A stretch of DNA of 64,000 bases from Chrysomallon squamiferum (lineage: Eukaryota > Animalia > Mollusca), in contig CM022675.1 in assembly GCA_012295275.1 (NCBI GenBank), positions 11,346,001-11,410,000 of the forward strand. The letters run 5' to 3'. Below, one piece after another: positions 14,276 to 30,610 of the stretch; position 1 is the first letter of the stretch, and the number at the start of each line of letters is the position of its first letter. The notes under the pieces were generated by a model. The model was given only the letters and a program-made list of their open reading frames with translations, searched no databases and was not told the origin of the DNA. The translations under genes and the position numbers were made by a program.

Positions 14276-15184
14276 AACAAATTACTTCTTGTTTTTTTCT
14301 TTTTCATTTTACTACTACTGCTGCAACAACAACAACTACTACTACTACTATAGTGATAATTACTAATACTATTAATTCACTAGTATTAGCTCTAATAATA
14401 ACAACAGTAGTAGTAGTAGTAGTAGTAGCAGCAGGTGTACATGTTGTAGTTGTAGTATTAGTAACAAACATTTCTCTGTTGTAATAACAGTAGCAAAAAT
14501 ACTGTAAGCATAATGTTTTACTAATAGCAACAGACGCTGATAGTGATAAGGCAATAATGATAAGAAAATAGCAGTATAAACACGAACAACAATAACTATA
14601 TAAGTAAACATTTAAAATATATGTTGTTGTTGTTGTTGTTGTTATTATAATAATAATAATATTATTATTATTACTTGTAGTAGTGACAGTAGTAATAGTA
14701 GAAGTAGAAGTAGTAGTAGTAGTATTAGTAATAGTAGAAGTAGTAGCAGTAGTAGTAGTATTTATACTACTTTTATTTATTTCTTTTATTTTATTTTGTT
14801 TTATTTACTTTTTTTTTACTATATTTTATTTGTTTACTTATTTTATATTTTATTATTACATTCCATTCCAATATATTACGTTACATTATATTACATTATT
14901 TACATTACATTACATTATATTACATTATTTACATTACATTATATTACATTATTTACATTACATTATATTTATTCTGTTCTGTCTCGTGTTTTTTTTTTTT
15001 AATGGGCTCTGGCCCACCAGTGCATTAACATTACACATAAACTTATGAACTGTTTGAAAAGCTGGCTGAAAAGGCAGTGTTGTAAGTAGATGCGAAACTG
15101 ATATTTAATTGAAATAGATTCCACCAGCAGGTGTTTGTACGCTACTATTCACTACTGAATAGAAAAATACCCTTAGTGTGTGAG

Positions 15185-15221
<37 letters not shown>

Positions 15222-15280
15222 TCTCTCTCTCTGTTCTTTCTGTTTTTCTGAACGTATATATATGTGTGTGTATCTATGTA

Positions 15281-15553
<273 letters not shown>

Positions 15554-16142
15554 CACCCCACCCTAGCTACTACTATTTTAAACCAGTTAGTTTTATTTTT
15601 TTTTTTTTTTTTTGGCTAACACAAGATGTGCAGAAACGTATAAATCAATTATGTATGCAGTGAGGTAGCGTGATAGTGCATGTTGCAGGCTATATCCCCG
15701 CATAATTACATAGGATATCTACGTAAGGTATTAAAATGACAAAAGACATCAGACAAAATTGAAATGGAAATAATTTGATACGTGTCCCTAAAAGTCGACT
15801 ACTCACTGCATTGATATGGCAGTTATGTCGAGATGAAAGATAGATAAAATATTTTGAAAAATAAGAGAGATAAAAAAAAAAAAAAAAAAAAAAAAAATAC
15901 GACATGAGATTGGATAAAGAACACGAGAATAACAGACAGACAGACAGACAGACAGAGAGGTATGAAGAAAGAAGAAGAAGAAGAAGGAGAGAGAGAAACA
16001 ATAGCTGGTTTATTTCACAGCCAAGCTGACAGTATATAAGTGTGATATGTCACTGCACTTTCGCCCGAGGCTTTCTCATCAATCTTAGTAGATTTTTTGA
16101 ATAAAGTAAAATGTATGAAAGAGAAGAACGAGAAGACGAGTT

Positions 16143-16250
<108 letters not shown>

Positions 16251-16424
16251 TGTAAAGAGAACAAGAGACTAGATAAAGAGGAAGAGAAAGATCGAGAGAA
16301 ATACACAAGACAAACACAGACAGATAAAATGTAGACTGATACAGAAAATGCATGCACGTTCGTCACACATACGCGTGCGCGTGCAATATTCATACAACCA
16401 TTGACACTCTGTATGAATGTAAGG

Positions 16425-16456
<32 letters not shown>

Positions 16457-16844
16457 TTTAACTACCTGTAGGTATCTTCGCTACTTATGTATTATGTCAG
16501 AAAAAAAAAAAAAAAAAAAAAAAAAAGATCTTTTCAGCCAAGCGTGACCGACAAACAGACCATCAAGCGTGCACGTCTCACGGCGAGGTCAGAGTTTACG
16601 TCTACGGTAAGCGACAGGCGTGCACGACGTCTTTCATCTCGACGTTTGATAAACGACGACTACAAAACGCGCCTAACCCCGGCGACACGTAGAAATGTGA
16701 TTTGTGAACACAGGCCGCGGTACCCACGTGTCGACGCGAAATGGGAAAATTATACAATCCGGCGAGCAGGCCGTTCTGATGATGTCTGCGGTAAAAACTG
16801 AGGCGATACGAAAGCGTTTTTTTAACGTCTGTTTTTTTTTAACT

Positions 16845-16906
<62 letters not shown>

Positions 16907-17021
16907 GTGTGTAGGTGTGTAGGTGACCCCGACTTAGCTAGTTGCCTGGTTATATCACTTAGTAGTAGCTGGAGCGCTGCAGGACAAATGGATAGATAAA
17001 CATATGAGTGTATAATGTATG

Positions 17022-17066
<45 letters not shown>

Positions 17067-17534
17067 TTATATATACACGTATGTATGTACGGATGAATGG
17101 ATCGATGGATGGATTGATTGAAGAAAAGATGAGTGAACGAATGGATGTATAAACGAATAATTTAAATATACATATACATATATATATACATATATATACA
17201 CACACACACATACGAATCTATGGATGGATGGATGGATGAAAGATGAACGGATGGATTGTTTTGTTGGATCAAAGGATAAACGAATAACTGGATGGAGAGA
17301 TAGCTGGATGGACTGATAGGTGGATGAGTCGACGGAAGGAATGCTGGTTTGTGAATGTCCATAGTTTGACAGGATGATGGATCAAACGAAGGACGGGGTG
17401 AATGAAGGAAGGGGGAGATAGGTTTGTAAAGAAATAGATGGAAAGAAAAATAAAGGATTATTTTGTTCCTTGCAGAATTCTAGATGTTACAGCCGAAGAC
17501 AGAATAAAAAAAGCCAGTAAATAAATAAATAAAA

Positions 17535-17573
<39 letters not shown>

Positions 17574-18403
17574 AATAAAATAAAATAAAATAAAATAAAC
17601 ATCAAGGAAGATAAAATTGATGAATTATGACCAAGGAAGATGTAACAGAGACAAAGTCTATATATTTTTCTTCTCTTTTTTTTTTTCTTTTTTTCTTTAT
17701 CTTTTTTAGCTTAAAACACCCATTATACGATTAGATTAGATTACCTCCGTACAGAATAATCTAGTGTTACTTATAAATTAGCGAAATCTTTCATTCATGC
17801 ATCTTCAATTAAACGTGTGTGTGTATGTCTGGGGCACATGAAAATACTCGGCATTCTTTCCTCGTGTGACGTCACACAAATGACGGGGATGAAATGACCA
17901 GTGGAAACTCTAGACCTCTGAGACGCGAAATCTAGTCGCTTTGCACACTGAATGAAGCAGTTTTATCTTACGTTATCAGGTGTTGAGATGTATCCAGTTT
18001 TTGATTTGTGGGGTGAATGGGTGGCCGCCTAAGTCTTCTTCTCTCCCTTATCCCACAGAAAGGAGAAACGGGGGGAGGGTGACGGGGGGGTAAAAAAAAA
18101 AGAAAGAACCCCATAAGAGCTCGGGCCGTAAATTTAAAATGTCAGAGAAAATATCGAAGCCGTCACAATGAATTTAAAATCTGCAGAGAGGAGGTGGGAG
18201 TGAGCGTAATTTATAGAGGAAGAAATGACTTGGTTTAGAGCGGAGACAGAAAACAGAAACAGACGGAGACGAGTCTGGAAAAAAAGAGGGGAGAAAATTT
18301 ATACATATGTATGTATTTGTATGTGTGTGTGTGTGTGTGTGATGTATGTATATGTATTTATATATATATATATGTATATATATGTATTTGTGGGTGTCTG
18401 TGA

Positions 18404-18435
<32 letters not shown>

Positions 18436-19188
18436 GTATGATGTATGTATATATATATATTTATATATATATATATATGCTGTATGTATGCGCATATGTA
18501 TATATATATATATTATATATAGACAGAATCAGAGAGATAAAATGTTAAAGAAAGAAAGAAAGAAAGAAGGAAAGAGATGTGAAGAGAGAACGAGGGAGAA
18601 AATCAAAAACAAAAGAAATCAAGAAAAGATTCATTGACACAAGGCTAAAAGACAGAAAGAAAAGATGAAGAAAACGTTTCTCGCTTTCATTCATCCTTTC
18701 ATTCATCCTTTCATTCATTCATTCATTCAGTCATTCATTATAGCTTCCTATTCACAGAATACAACATTTCCGCAAATAAGACCTGTTTACACTGACAAAC
18801 ACCATTCTGGTGTTAAAAAACTTCATTTGATTCGAATTTCGTCAACTATAGCGAATTAACTCGATGATGCTGTCTCCTCAAAATCGTCAATTAATTGCCT
18901 AGGTATTCTAGCTAGTTGAGTACGCTGAGGTTACTTGTGTAGTTACGACCTGCCTTCTGGCTTCTTGATGCCTATAGGAGACCGAGAAATAACATTACCA
19001 CATCCTGTATGGATGAATGCCCAGACAATCTTTATGTTGACATAAGCAGTATTAATATATTTAGTGAGAATTACAATATTAAAGGGTAAATATTTGAATT
19101 GGTTGATTTACTCTCGCGATTGTTGCTTCTGTTGCTGTTGTTGTTGCTGCTGCTGCTACTACTACTACTACTACTACTACTGCTGCTG

Positions 19189-19227
<39 letters not shown>

Positions 19228-20930
19228 ATAATAATAATAATAATAATAATAGCAGTAATTAATATGTAAATAAATAACTATTTTCAAAAACAAATGAATT
19301 GGTAGAATACATTTTAAAATTATTATTATCATCATCATCATCATTATTTATTTATTTATCAACATGTTATTTTATTATTCATTCATCCATTTTTTTTTAT
19401 TTACTAACCTACTTATATGTTTATCTCTAGATTTATTCATTTACCTGTTTATTTATATCGTATAATGTATGTACTGACATTATCTAGTGAAATTTGATTT
19501 ACGATGCATTTGAAATGAACACCGCATACACCTTTTGTATGCTTGACCTATTTTTTATTAAAAAATAAAAAAATTATATTATTTTTAAATTTATTTTGTT
19601 TAATTTTGTTATTTATTTGTTTTTAAATCATTTATTTATATCCTTTTTTTTCTATTTATTTATTTATATACTGAACTATAGTTTATTTTATTTATTTATT
19701 AATTTTATTATTTATTTATTTATTTATTTGTTTGTCTATCTATCTATCTGTCTATCTGTCTATTTATTTATTTATTTATTTATTTAAGTATTTATATTTA
19801 TTTCAGTATTTATTTTTATTTATTTTTATTTATTTATTTTTATTTATTTATTTACTTATTTATTTCATAAATCAGACAATGTAGGATGTAGCTACCAAAT
19901 GACATATATAGATACATCTGATTCCTTTGTTTCACCAACATAAAACAACAACTATATATTTATTTTTTTTTTTTCTCATATGCAAATCAGCTAGCGATAA
20001 ACTGTACATTTTTTCAAACTATTATTTTACGCAAACTGACACGCCCAGGGGCGGAACCAGAAACTCAAGTTGGGTGGTATTGTATTACAATATTACATCT
20101 AACCTGTCATTTCACGTAGAGCAGACGCACAGGTGCACAATCGAAACACCTGAGATTTTCAAGATGTAATCGTAAGCGTGGACATATGTTCAGAAAACGT
20201 GTTTATTACGCACCCGAAACTTTGCTCAGTTTCAGCCCTTGAAACACAAACAATTAATCACCCACAGTAGAACAACATCAACATGAAAGCGATATCGAAC
20301 ATGGATTAAAAAAAAAAAAAAAAACACCAACAAAAAAAAAAAAAAAAAAAAAGTAAATAAATAAAGTCGTAGATAAATAAACAGATAGATGTATACATGC
20401 GTAGACCTTTAGAAATATAGTCAGACAGACACACAGACAGATAGATACACAGACAGACAGATAGACAGACAGACAGACAGACCGATAGATATGCAGAGAG
20501 ATAGATATATGGATGGATGGATGGATGGATAAATGGATAGACAGATAGAGAGACAGATTGATATACAGACATACAGATAGATATATAGATATTTAGATAG
20601 ATAGATAGATAGATAGATATTTAGATAGATAGATAGATAGATAGATAAACAGAGAGATAGATAGATGGATGGATAGGTAGATAGATAGGTAGGTAGGTGG
20701 ACAGATATATAGAGTTGGGTAGGCAGATGTTGAGGTAGTAGATAGGTAGGTAGGTATGTAAATTGATGGATAGATTCACACAGAGATGCACACAGACACG
20801 CAGATATGTATGTATTCTGTCTCTTTCACTATTTCTCCACTTTGTATATACTTTCTATACCATATTCTCATGTATCCCTTTCTCATAATATACTGTCTGT
20901 CTTTCTCTTTGTTCATACACACATAAACAA

Positions 20931-21035
<105 letters not shown>

Positions 21036-21396
21036 ACTCTATCTAACTCTGTGTATGTCTGTATTTGTGTCTGACACATTCACTAACACACATCTGTCAG
21101 TTCTTTTTTTTTTTCGAGATGAGCTGGAGTTACGTTACGTTCAAAACATATCTGTTTGTTTTCTTTGCCAAGATGGCGTAATCCTTGGCTACCTCAGTGA
21201 TAAACAGATTGACTCTGTCCTGCAGAAAAAAAGCATCTCGTAAGTTACTACGTGCTCTTTTTCACCAGTTTACTAACGTGTCAATAACCTTCTCATTAGC
21301 AGTATCAAAGGAAATCACATGAACTATATTTGTCTGACAAACCTACTTAAAAGTAATGCAAAATTATGAAATTAAGGTGAATGCTAAAGAATGGTA

Positions 21397-21469
<73 letters not shown>

Positions 21470-21775
21470 GGATGATGATTATGATGACAAAAACAACAAC
21501 AATAATGAATGTAAAACAGTGTGAGTAAAGCATTTTGTTATTTTTCTTTTCTTCTGCATATACATGAACAAATCTTTCTTTCTAAAATATACCCACATAC
21601 GCACACAGAAATTCATACACACTATATACATACGTACATACATATATACATACACACATACGTACATACGACATACATACAGAAGTACATACGTGCATAC
21701 ATAAAAGAACGGACGCGCATAAACACACACTGTCATTTGCAAATGCATGTGTGCCAGCCAGTGATGTAAAAAGAT

Positions 21776-21823
<48 letters not shown>

Positions 21824-22146
21824 CAAATGCTTGCCGCGCCTGTAAGTTATATTTACAAGCAATGAAGAAATAAATATCGGTAAGTGAATTCACACACAAT
21901 CGCTTCTGCTGTAAACATGCAAGATCGACATACCTACGTGAACGCACGCGTCTATTAATACATGCATTGCTTGCATTCCGCATGAACTTCAAAGAAAACG
22001 AAATTGACATAGGTCTTATTTATTTATTTTCCTTGCGAAGTTTGTTTCTATTTCTTCTTTACTTTATTTTTTTTTTTTTTTTATTTTTTTTTTTTTTTTC
22101 GTTTGTTTTTTCATTCTTCTTCATCTTCTCTTTTTCCTTATTTGTT

Positions 22147-22185
<39 letters not shown>

Positions 22186-23085
22186 CTTTTTTCTTTTTTC
22201 CAGTTACCTACACTAGAATATCACTTATTCCTGCCGGATCAGGTTTTGTGTGTCTAACAAAGGAGACTATTGTTCAGCGCTAAACAGTTTACTTATCGAA
22301 TATGCTTTTACATACTGTGTTTTTTTTTTTTTTTTTTTTTTGCCCACAACACCGCACACATGTGGCTACTTTCGGAGCGCTGTTGAGAGAACATGACGTT
22401 CTTCACGTCGTCGGGTTGTAAGCTACGACTGCATATTCAGTTACCTGAAAGCATCATAGACCAGTCATAATATGCCGAATTTACATCATGATTCTAACTG
22501 GCTCGCATTACCCACATCTCTTTGATCTAGTCGACACGATGTTACGTATATCTGGCTGTGGATAGACATGTACATAAATATACCTGACTGTCTGGACCTA
22601 ACGAAAACCTATAGGACTGTAAAACGACGTCGGTTTTGTAAGCGACAGTCGTTGTGGTTTAGTTTGAGTGAAAATAAATGGACCGTGATGGGGTTTAAAA
22701 CAATGGGAATTAGGTATTAAGTTGTAGGAGAGGGGAAAAAGAAGTCGATGAATTTTACGCTAGAATTGTTATTATATTTTTTTTATTTTTTTTATTTTTT
22801 TATTTTTTTATTTTTTTGGTTTTGTTTTATTGTATTTGTTTCTTTGATGGTTGGTTTGTTTGTTTGTTTATTTATTTTTGAACTTATCTGTTTACTTTTT
22901 GTAAGAGAAGTTCTTAGGTTCTTATGTTACTAAGTGTAATAATATATTTTTTTTAAATTTTAATATGAGAGAGAGAGAGAGTCAGAGAGAGAGAGCGAGA
23001 GAGAGAGAGAGTCAGAGAGAGAGAGTCAGAGAGAGAGAGACAGAGAGAGAGAGAGAAAGAGATAAACAGACAGACATACAGACAA

Positions 23086-23166
<81 letters not shown>

Positions 23167-25004
23167 AGAGAGTGGAAGAGATTTCAAAACAAATTCACAG
23201 AAAAAAACCAACAAAAAAACACAATGAATCCCAGTAGCAACATTCTGATTTCCTAAATATTCACATCACACGTATCTGAGACGAAACCGACACGAAACCG
23301 ACACGAAATCATGTAGACTCATATTTGAAAAAGAACTAAGACAGCGCTCAGACAGAGATATAATACAGCTGTCTTACAGTGAAGAAGTGATTTTTCTTCA
23401 TCAGCCACGTAAAAGACAAGCTACCCTCCAAGGCAAAAGCAGTCGGAGACCAGATAATATATATCTGTATGGAGAAAAAAAAAAACTTTAGATTATGACA
23501 GCATCAAAGATGGCTTCGTGTTTTATAAAAGGTCATTTGCTGGACTTCGGTGTCTGACAAAAAAACGTTCTGGTGGACGACGCTCGAGTGACGCCAGAAA
23601 CAAGTGGGTTTGTCTCACGTCGTAAATCTTGTAAAGTTTGAGGTGAGGTCGGTTGTCATGTTGGAGATAGATCCCGTTTGTTAGTTCTGTTGTTTGTGTT
23701 TGTTGTTTGGGGTTTTTTTTGGTTTTATTTCAAACAATGATCTGTCCTTTTGTAGACCGATTAGAAAAAAAAAACACAAATAAAAACATGACTTGCTGAT
23801 TGCGTTAGGAGATATCTGCATGATTGGTCTGGTTCTTGTTGTACTTCATCAAACGATAGTTTTGATGAAGAAGAAGTAAAAAGTATATATATGTGTGTGT
23901 GTGTGTGCGTGTGTGTGTGTGTGTGTGTGTATTGCGAAGGTGCTACGACAGAATAATCGTGCTACATTTAAAGTACAGAGGGAGTGACAGGTGTACAAAA
24001 CTTTAATCGATCAGAAAGAAAAAATATAATATTTCACTTTCATGTTTATGCGTTTGTTATTTTCCACAGTGCGTGATAATGATAGTTACGTTGACTATTT
24101 TATGCGTAAAGATCATTATACTTAGTGTTTAGTTTATACAAAGGATTTAGGAAAAAGAGAAAGGAAAGAGTGAGGGGGAATAGAAAAAGAAGAGATAGAG
24201 AGAGAGAGAGAGAGAGATGAGAAAGAGAAAAGAACAAAGAGAAGAGAGAGAGAGAAGAAACAAAAAAGAACAAATGAGGCAGAAAATCACGAATGCAGTG
24301 ATAGGATAAGATGTCAAGATAACACGAGATGAACCATGTTTAATTACGACAGACAATAACGTGGCTACATCAGAAATATAAATTTACACAAACACAAAAA
24401 TCACAGAAACACTGGGATTAAGAAAAAGAAACAGAGAAAGAGAATACACACAGAAACAGAGACAGAAAGAGAGAGAAGGAATCAAAGATAAGAAGAAGAA
24501 AAAAATATATATATATACATTAAAAACTGGAATAAAAAAAAACTTTACAACTCAAACATTATTATTTAACATCGGTAACGTCACCTTCTCGGGTGCAGAG
24601 TTTTAACAAATCAGAACAAATATATGACTGCTTGGGTGCACATGCACTAATATATCAACACGACATGTACTAATATGTCAAAAACATCACCACGCTCGGC
24701 GTAACTCAATTTGTTTTCAAAATAATATCAGCAAATAAAGCATTTATTACTTATTTATGTGCATTATATACCCACTGATGTCATCATCAATGTAGATTAA
24801 TGATTTCTCATTTGAATGGGTAATTTCTACACGTGTATATGTGTATATATGTAAGTGTATGAATGTGTGTGTGTCTGTGAGTGGGTGTGTATGTGTGTTT
24901 TGTTTGTGTATTTTTATTAAGAAAGAAGTATGAAAATATAAACTGAAATTTAAAAAAAAAGAAAAAAAAAGCTAAAGAATAAATAAATAAGATAATAAAT
25001 ATAA

Positions 25005-25071
<67 letters not shown>

Positions 25072-25921
25072 ACAAACAAACAAATAAATAAATAAATAAA
25101 TGAATAAACAAAAATGGAAAGTAATTTTAATACAAGGTGAAGCAACACAACCCTGGATTTTGTCAAATCAGCTGTCATTTTGATTAATTACTGTATTACA
25201 TTTCGCAGATTCAGACAATAGATATTTTTTTTTTTTTTTTTAAATTTTTTTTTTTTTTTTTTTTTTGTTCTGTTTTTTTTTTTTTTTTTAATAATATATA
25301 TATCGAGTAAACTAGAGTAACAGTTTGTTGTAATATATATTTTGATAAAAATTTTTTTTTTTTTTTTTTTTTACACTTGGTTTTTTTGGTTTTGTTATTA
25401 CAAGTAGTAGTGTTAGCATCATCATCGTCATTGGTGTTATTCGTATTATTATTAACAGATGTAGCAGTAATAACAGAAACAGTAGGAGATGTAGTAGTAG
25501 TGACAGTAATAGTAATAGTGGTAGTGGTAGTAGTAGTAGTAGTAGTAGTAGCAGTAGTAGTAGTAGCTGTTGTTTTTTGTTGTTGTTTTATGTAATAATA
25601 GTCTATGAAAAATACAAACATATACAAACACACGCACACACACAGACACACACGCACACACACACACACATATAATTCAGTTGTGTTATTTTATCTTATT
25701 GAAATTCTGATTCTCTTTCGTATCGTTTATCAATTTTTTTTAATTCATTTCCCCCCCCATCACCGTTATGATTATTATTGTTTTTAATTTTTTTTTATTG
25801 TTTTCTTTTTCTAATTAAAACGAACCTTCGAATAATAAATTTAAAATCCAAAAATATTAACGTTATTTTTTTTTTTTTATTCCTTTACGCTTTTATTATT
25901 TATTTTCCTCATTTTCATTCT

Positions 25922-25957
<36 letters not shown>

Positions 25958-26847
25958 CTCTCTCGGGTTTCATCTTCGACACAAATAAAACTTAATCCCG
26001 TTGGCCGATTATGGATTTAAGGTTTCTTTAAACAGCTTCTGCTGGATTATATTAGATTTAATTTTTTGTTTTCATTTTTTTTTTTTTTTTTTCTTCTTTT
26101 TTCGTTCTGTTTTATTTTCCCCTTTCTTCAACTGCCTGGCCTTGTAATTTAATACGACGGTTCGAAGCGAGGGAAACAGAAATCTCCTTGGTCCAGACTT
26201 AATTTTCCCGTTCACTAGAGATGATTTTAACTTTGTATCTTGGGCACTAAAATGACAGTTGGGTGTCAAATGTAATAAACGGGAACACACGAGTATTTCC
26301 CAATCTATGCATAGATTTGCAGTAAATTTCGCTCAAATTGCGCCGGGGCCTTGCTAGAAACGCCCTTTGCTAATCCAGGCCAGTTTGCGCTGCCGGACGA
26401 TGGCTTAATTGGGTTCAGAAGAGAAAGCGGAGAAACAATTGAAATAATCATAATACATCATGACTCGGGAAAAATCGTGAATTTCTGCGACCGTCGTAAA
26501 GAGCAGCGCGGAGAGTTTTAAAGGGACACTGTCGTGGGTTTTTTCGAATTGTTTTTTTTTTTTTTTTTTTTTTTTGTTTTTGTTTTTGTTTTTTTTTTTT
26601 TGTTTTGTTTTGTTTTATTTTATTTTATTTTATTTGTTTCATTATTTATTTCATTTGTTTTTTTTCTTCCGACAAGAACGGAATTTATAAAACAAAGATT
26701 TCTTCATTCTTTCTTTCATTCATTCATTCATTTATTCTTTTCAAATACTCAAATTAAAAGTTTAGCTTTACTTTAATAGTTATTTGTCATTGTTATTATT
26801 ATTTTATTTTTTTTAAAGATAATTAACTTTAATTATATTCACTTTGT

Positions 26848-26882
<35 letters not shown>

Positions 26883-26964
26883 CTTTTAAGTGAAGAACTT
26901 TTCATTGTAAGACTGTATCTGGATGCATCAAACAAAATCTGACATTGATATTCATGAACAGCTG

Positions 26965-26997
<33 letters not shown>

Positions 26998-28378
26998 GAA
27001 AGAATACAAAAAATGAAGACAAGGAATTTAAAAAAAATAAAAAATAAATAAATAAATAAAAACAAAACAGAATTTTAAAAAATATGTATAATAATTAATG
27101 AAAAACAACAGCAGTAGTAAATTATTTATAACTAATTAATAAGAACTAAACTCGTTACAGATAAATATGTAATACATCTAGAACTTGTAGATAAAATATG
27201 TATTTACATTCACGTGGTTTATGTAAAAAAAAAAATCATTTTCATAATTTACTTGGCATTTCTTAAGAATAAATTATTTGTTTAACGTTGTATAAAAATA
27301 AAAATGATAGCACATTTCAGATCCTACTGTAAACAGAATAAAACAGAGACAGACATTTATTTATACAGATGATGTCGGTGGTGAAGACGTTAAAAAAATA
27401 ACATTACTACTACTACTACTACCACTGCTACTGCTTGTACAACGACTGCTACTACTAAGACAACTTCTACAACAATCCCAACAATGTTAAGAAGAAACAG
27501 CAATAACCATAGCAACTGAATCATCAAGAACAAGTACTACTACTACAACAAATAATCCATAACAACTACAACAACAATAATCCACAACAACAACAATAAT
27601 CCATAACCACAACAACAACAACAACAACAAATATCTCGGTAAGCCCTAAGTAATCTTTCTGTTCTACTAAACTGTTTCTTCTTTACTCAGCCGGCAAACA
27701 TATTTGTAAAAGTCATCACAATGGCGGCCAATACAATTTGATTTACATCATTGACTCCTTTATTTTCCCCCCAATACGGTGACTCCTAAGCATAGCAATA
27801 AGTTTCACGAAAGACAAACGCTTATAGCTTTTCATTAGCAAAATTCTCGTTTGTTCGCGAATCAGGCGCACGCCATCTTTGTTGGTCAAAATTCCTTTTG
27901 TCGTGAAACATCGTAAATACTCGCGCTAACTGTTATGCTTATGTGCTCGGCAATTTCCGTATCGATTTTGCCGCCTCGTACGCTTTGATCTTTTAGCTAA
28001 CAGGAACTTTGAATTTTGGCAAGGAAGATTTATTGCTGAAATGTATAATTTTTTTTTTTTTTTCTTCTTCCACAGTTCACGCCGAATAGATCAAGGGCTA
28101 GTAATTATTATTGTTTATTTTGATAATAATTGCTACAGGAATATTATTAATAAATTTGCAAATGATCGAGATTGTTTAAAATCCTTTCTTCCTCCGGCAT
28201 ACCCGTGCACCGACTGCTGATGGGGCAGTGACTTATACGCGCGGACAATTACTGCTACAACGACGATATAAACACGCGGCGTTATTGTTACTACTGCGTG
28301 AACGATGGCGAAAAAGCATTAGAAATAACAGTACCATAACCACGACAACAACGAAAACAACAAGAGCAATATCAATAC

Positions 28379-28380
<2 letters not shown>

Positions 28381-28438
<58 letters not shown>

Positions 28439-28543
28439 TAATGATAGTTATTGTTGTTGTTGGTGGTGGTGGTGGTGTTTTTGTTCTTGTTCTTGTTCTT
28501 GCTATTATTGTTATTTTACTATTATTACTATTACTATTATTAT

Positions 28544-28578
<35 letters not shown>

Positions 28579-28821
28579 TTATTATTATTATTATTATTAT
28601 TACTATTATTATTATTATTATTACTACTACTACTATTACTATTATTATTATTACTATTATTATTACTATTACTATTACTATTATTATTACTATTATTATT
28701 ACTATTACTATTATTATTATTACTATTATTATTATTATATTACTATTATTACTACTTCTACTATTATTATTATCACTATTACTATTATTATTATTTCTAT
28801 TACTATTACTATTACTATTAC

Positions 28822-28857
<36 letters not shown>

Positions 28858-28970
28858 TACTATTATTATTATTACTATTATTATTATTATATTACTATTA
28901 TTACTACTTCTACTATTATTATTATTATTATTATTATTTCTATTACTATTACTATTACTATTATTACTTT
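28381..28970. repeat. Large compound trinucleotide microsatellite (AAT)n ... (TTA/CTA)n
   Basis: Direct reading. It is the source of the spurious poly-I/L/Y ORFs 28228..29082 and 28451..28975. Confidence 0.95.
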
Positions 28971-29502
28971 TATAGCCACTGGGAGTCACGACTTTTCAAC
29001 GCGCATTGATCTGGCAGCAGCTGATGTCAGTAATCTACACAGTTTTGATGACGACACTGGTAACAAATTGGAGAAGTCGTAGTAGCAGTAGTAGTGATTA
29101 TAATGGGGCTGTAACAGTCGTTGTGGTGGAAGTAGTAACAGTACTACAGCAGATAATAAGAGTAGCAGTTGTTGTAAATTTACTTGTAGTAGAAATAGTT
29201 ACATTTGCAGGAGAAATATAAATAACAGTAGTAGTAGTAATAATAACAGTTATAAAAGAAGTAGTAATAATAATGGTTATATAATCGCTGGAGCAGTAGT
29301 AATAATAATATGTGTCGTTGTGGTAGCAGTAGCAGTTGTAATAATAGTAGTTGAAGTAGTGGTAGTAGTATAATAGTGGTTGTAGTAGCAGTAATAACCT
29401 CAATAAGTGTCAAATATATATATTTAACTAAATGTATATTATATTATATTATATTATATTATATTATATTATGTTATATTATATTATATTTATATTATAT
29501 TA

Positions 29503-29536
<34 letters not shown>

Positions 29537-29633
29537 ATTATATTTATATTATATTAAATTATATTATATTATATTATGTTATGTTATGTTATGTTATATT
29601 ATATTTATATTTTTATGATTATTATTATTATTA

Positions 29634-29677
<44 letters not shown>

Positions 29678-30547
29678 TATTATTATATTATCTATTATAT
29701 ATTATATATTATGTTTTATACGTGTAATCCAATACAGGAGAAGGAAAAAGAGAAAATCGATGCTGTGTGAAATAAACACAATATGAAACCGACTCGACGT
29801 TCACCCAGCTAGTGAAATATGACGGAGGTAAAATACATCGCACAGATGCTTGAAATGCGCGCAGCGTGAGCCAAGAAAACAGCCTCGCTTTACACGCTAC
29901 CCTACATAATACACGCGGCTGAAATACACAGCGTAGCAGATAATCCGGGAATAATCGTATTAATCCGTTAGTAACATGATCTGTATTAACCATATGTTAA
30001 TAAGATCGCCGAGTGCCTTACAATATGTCGCATCGAAGAAAGAAAGAAAGAAAAAAAAAAACCTTGGCTGAAAATGGGTGTATTATGTTTTTTCGGGGAT
30101 TAAAGTATGACAATTTGTAACAAATATAGAAAAACAACCGCACGGAAATGAAACCGCAGGGGTTGGATTAGGTCTGGTAAGAGATCCTAGTATCTGTTTG
30201 CAACGAAGAACCGAGGGTTATAATTTTTTTTCTTTTTTTTTTTTTTTTTTTTTTTTGGTGTAGTGTGGTGATGTTTTCGTTTCAGTTTTAGCTGAAGAAA
30301 GAAATTTGGATGTGAAGATTTTTTTTTGTTGTTGTTGATAACTTGTCCCGACAGGAAATGTTTACTGAATTTTATAACCAAGTTAAATAACTCAAATTTC
30401 TTCCGTTATTATTATTATTATTATTATCACAATTGATACTGTTACTACTACTACTACTATTGCTGTTATTATTATTATTAGTAGTAGTAGTATTGTTAGT
30501 ATTACAATTACTGCTACTGCTGCTACTACTACTACTACTACTACCAC

Positions 30548-30610
<63 letters not shown>

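Noticed and set aside
16487-16801. 104 aa Arg-rich ORF
   Set aside because: It starts in poly-A and has no recognisable domain. Its openness is explained by GC content.
28228-29082. Longest ORF in the track (284 aa)
   Set aside because: Poly-I/L/Y translation of a trinucleotide microsatellite.
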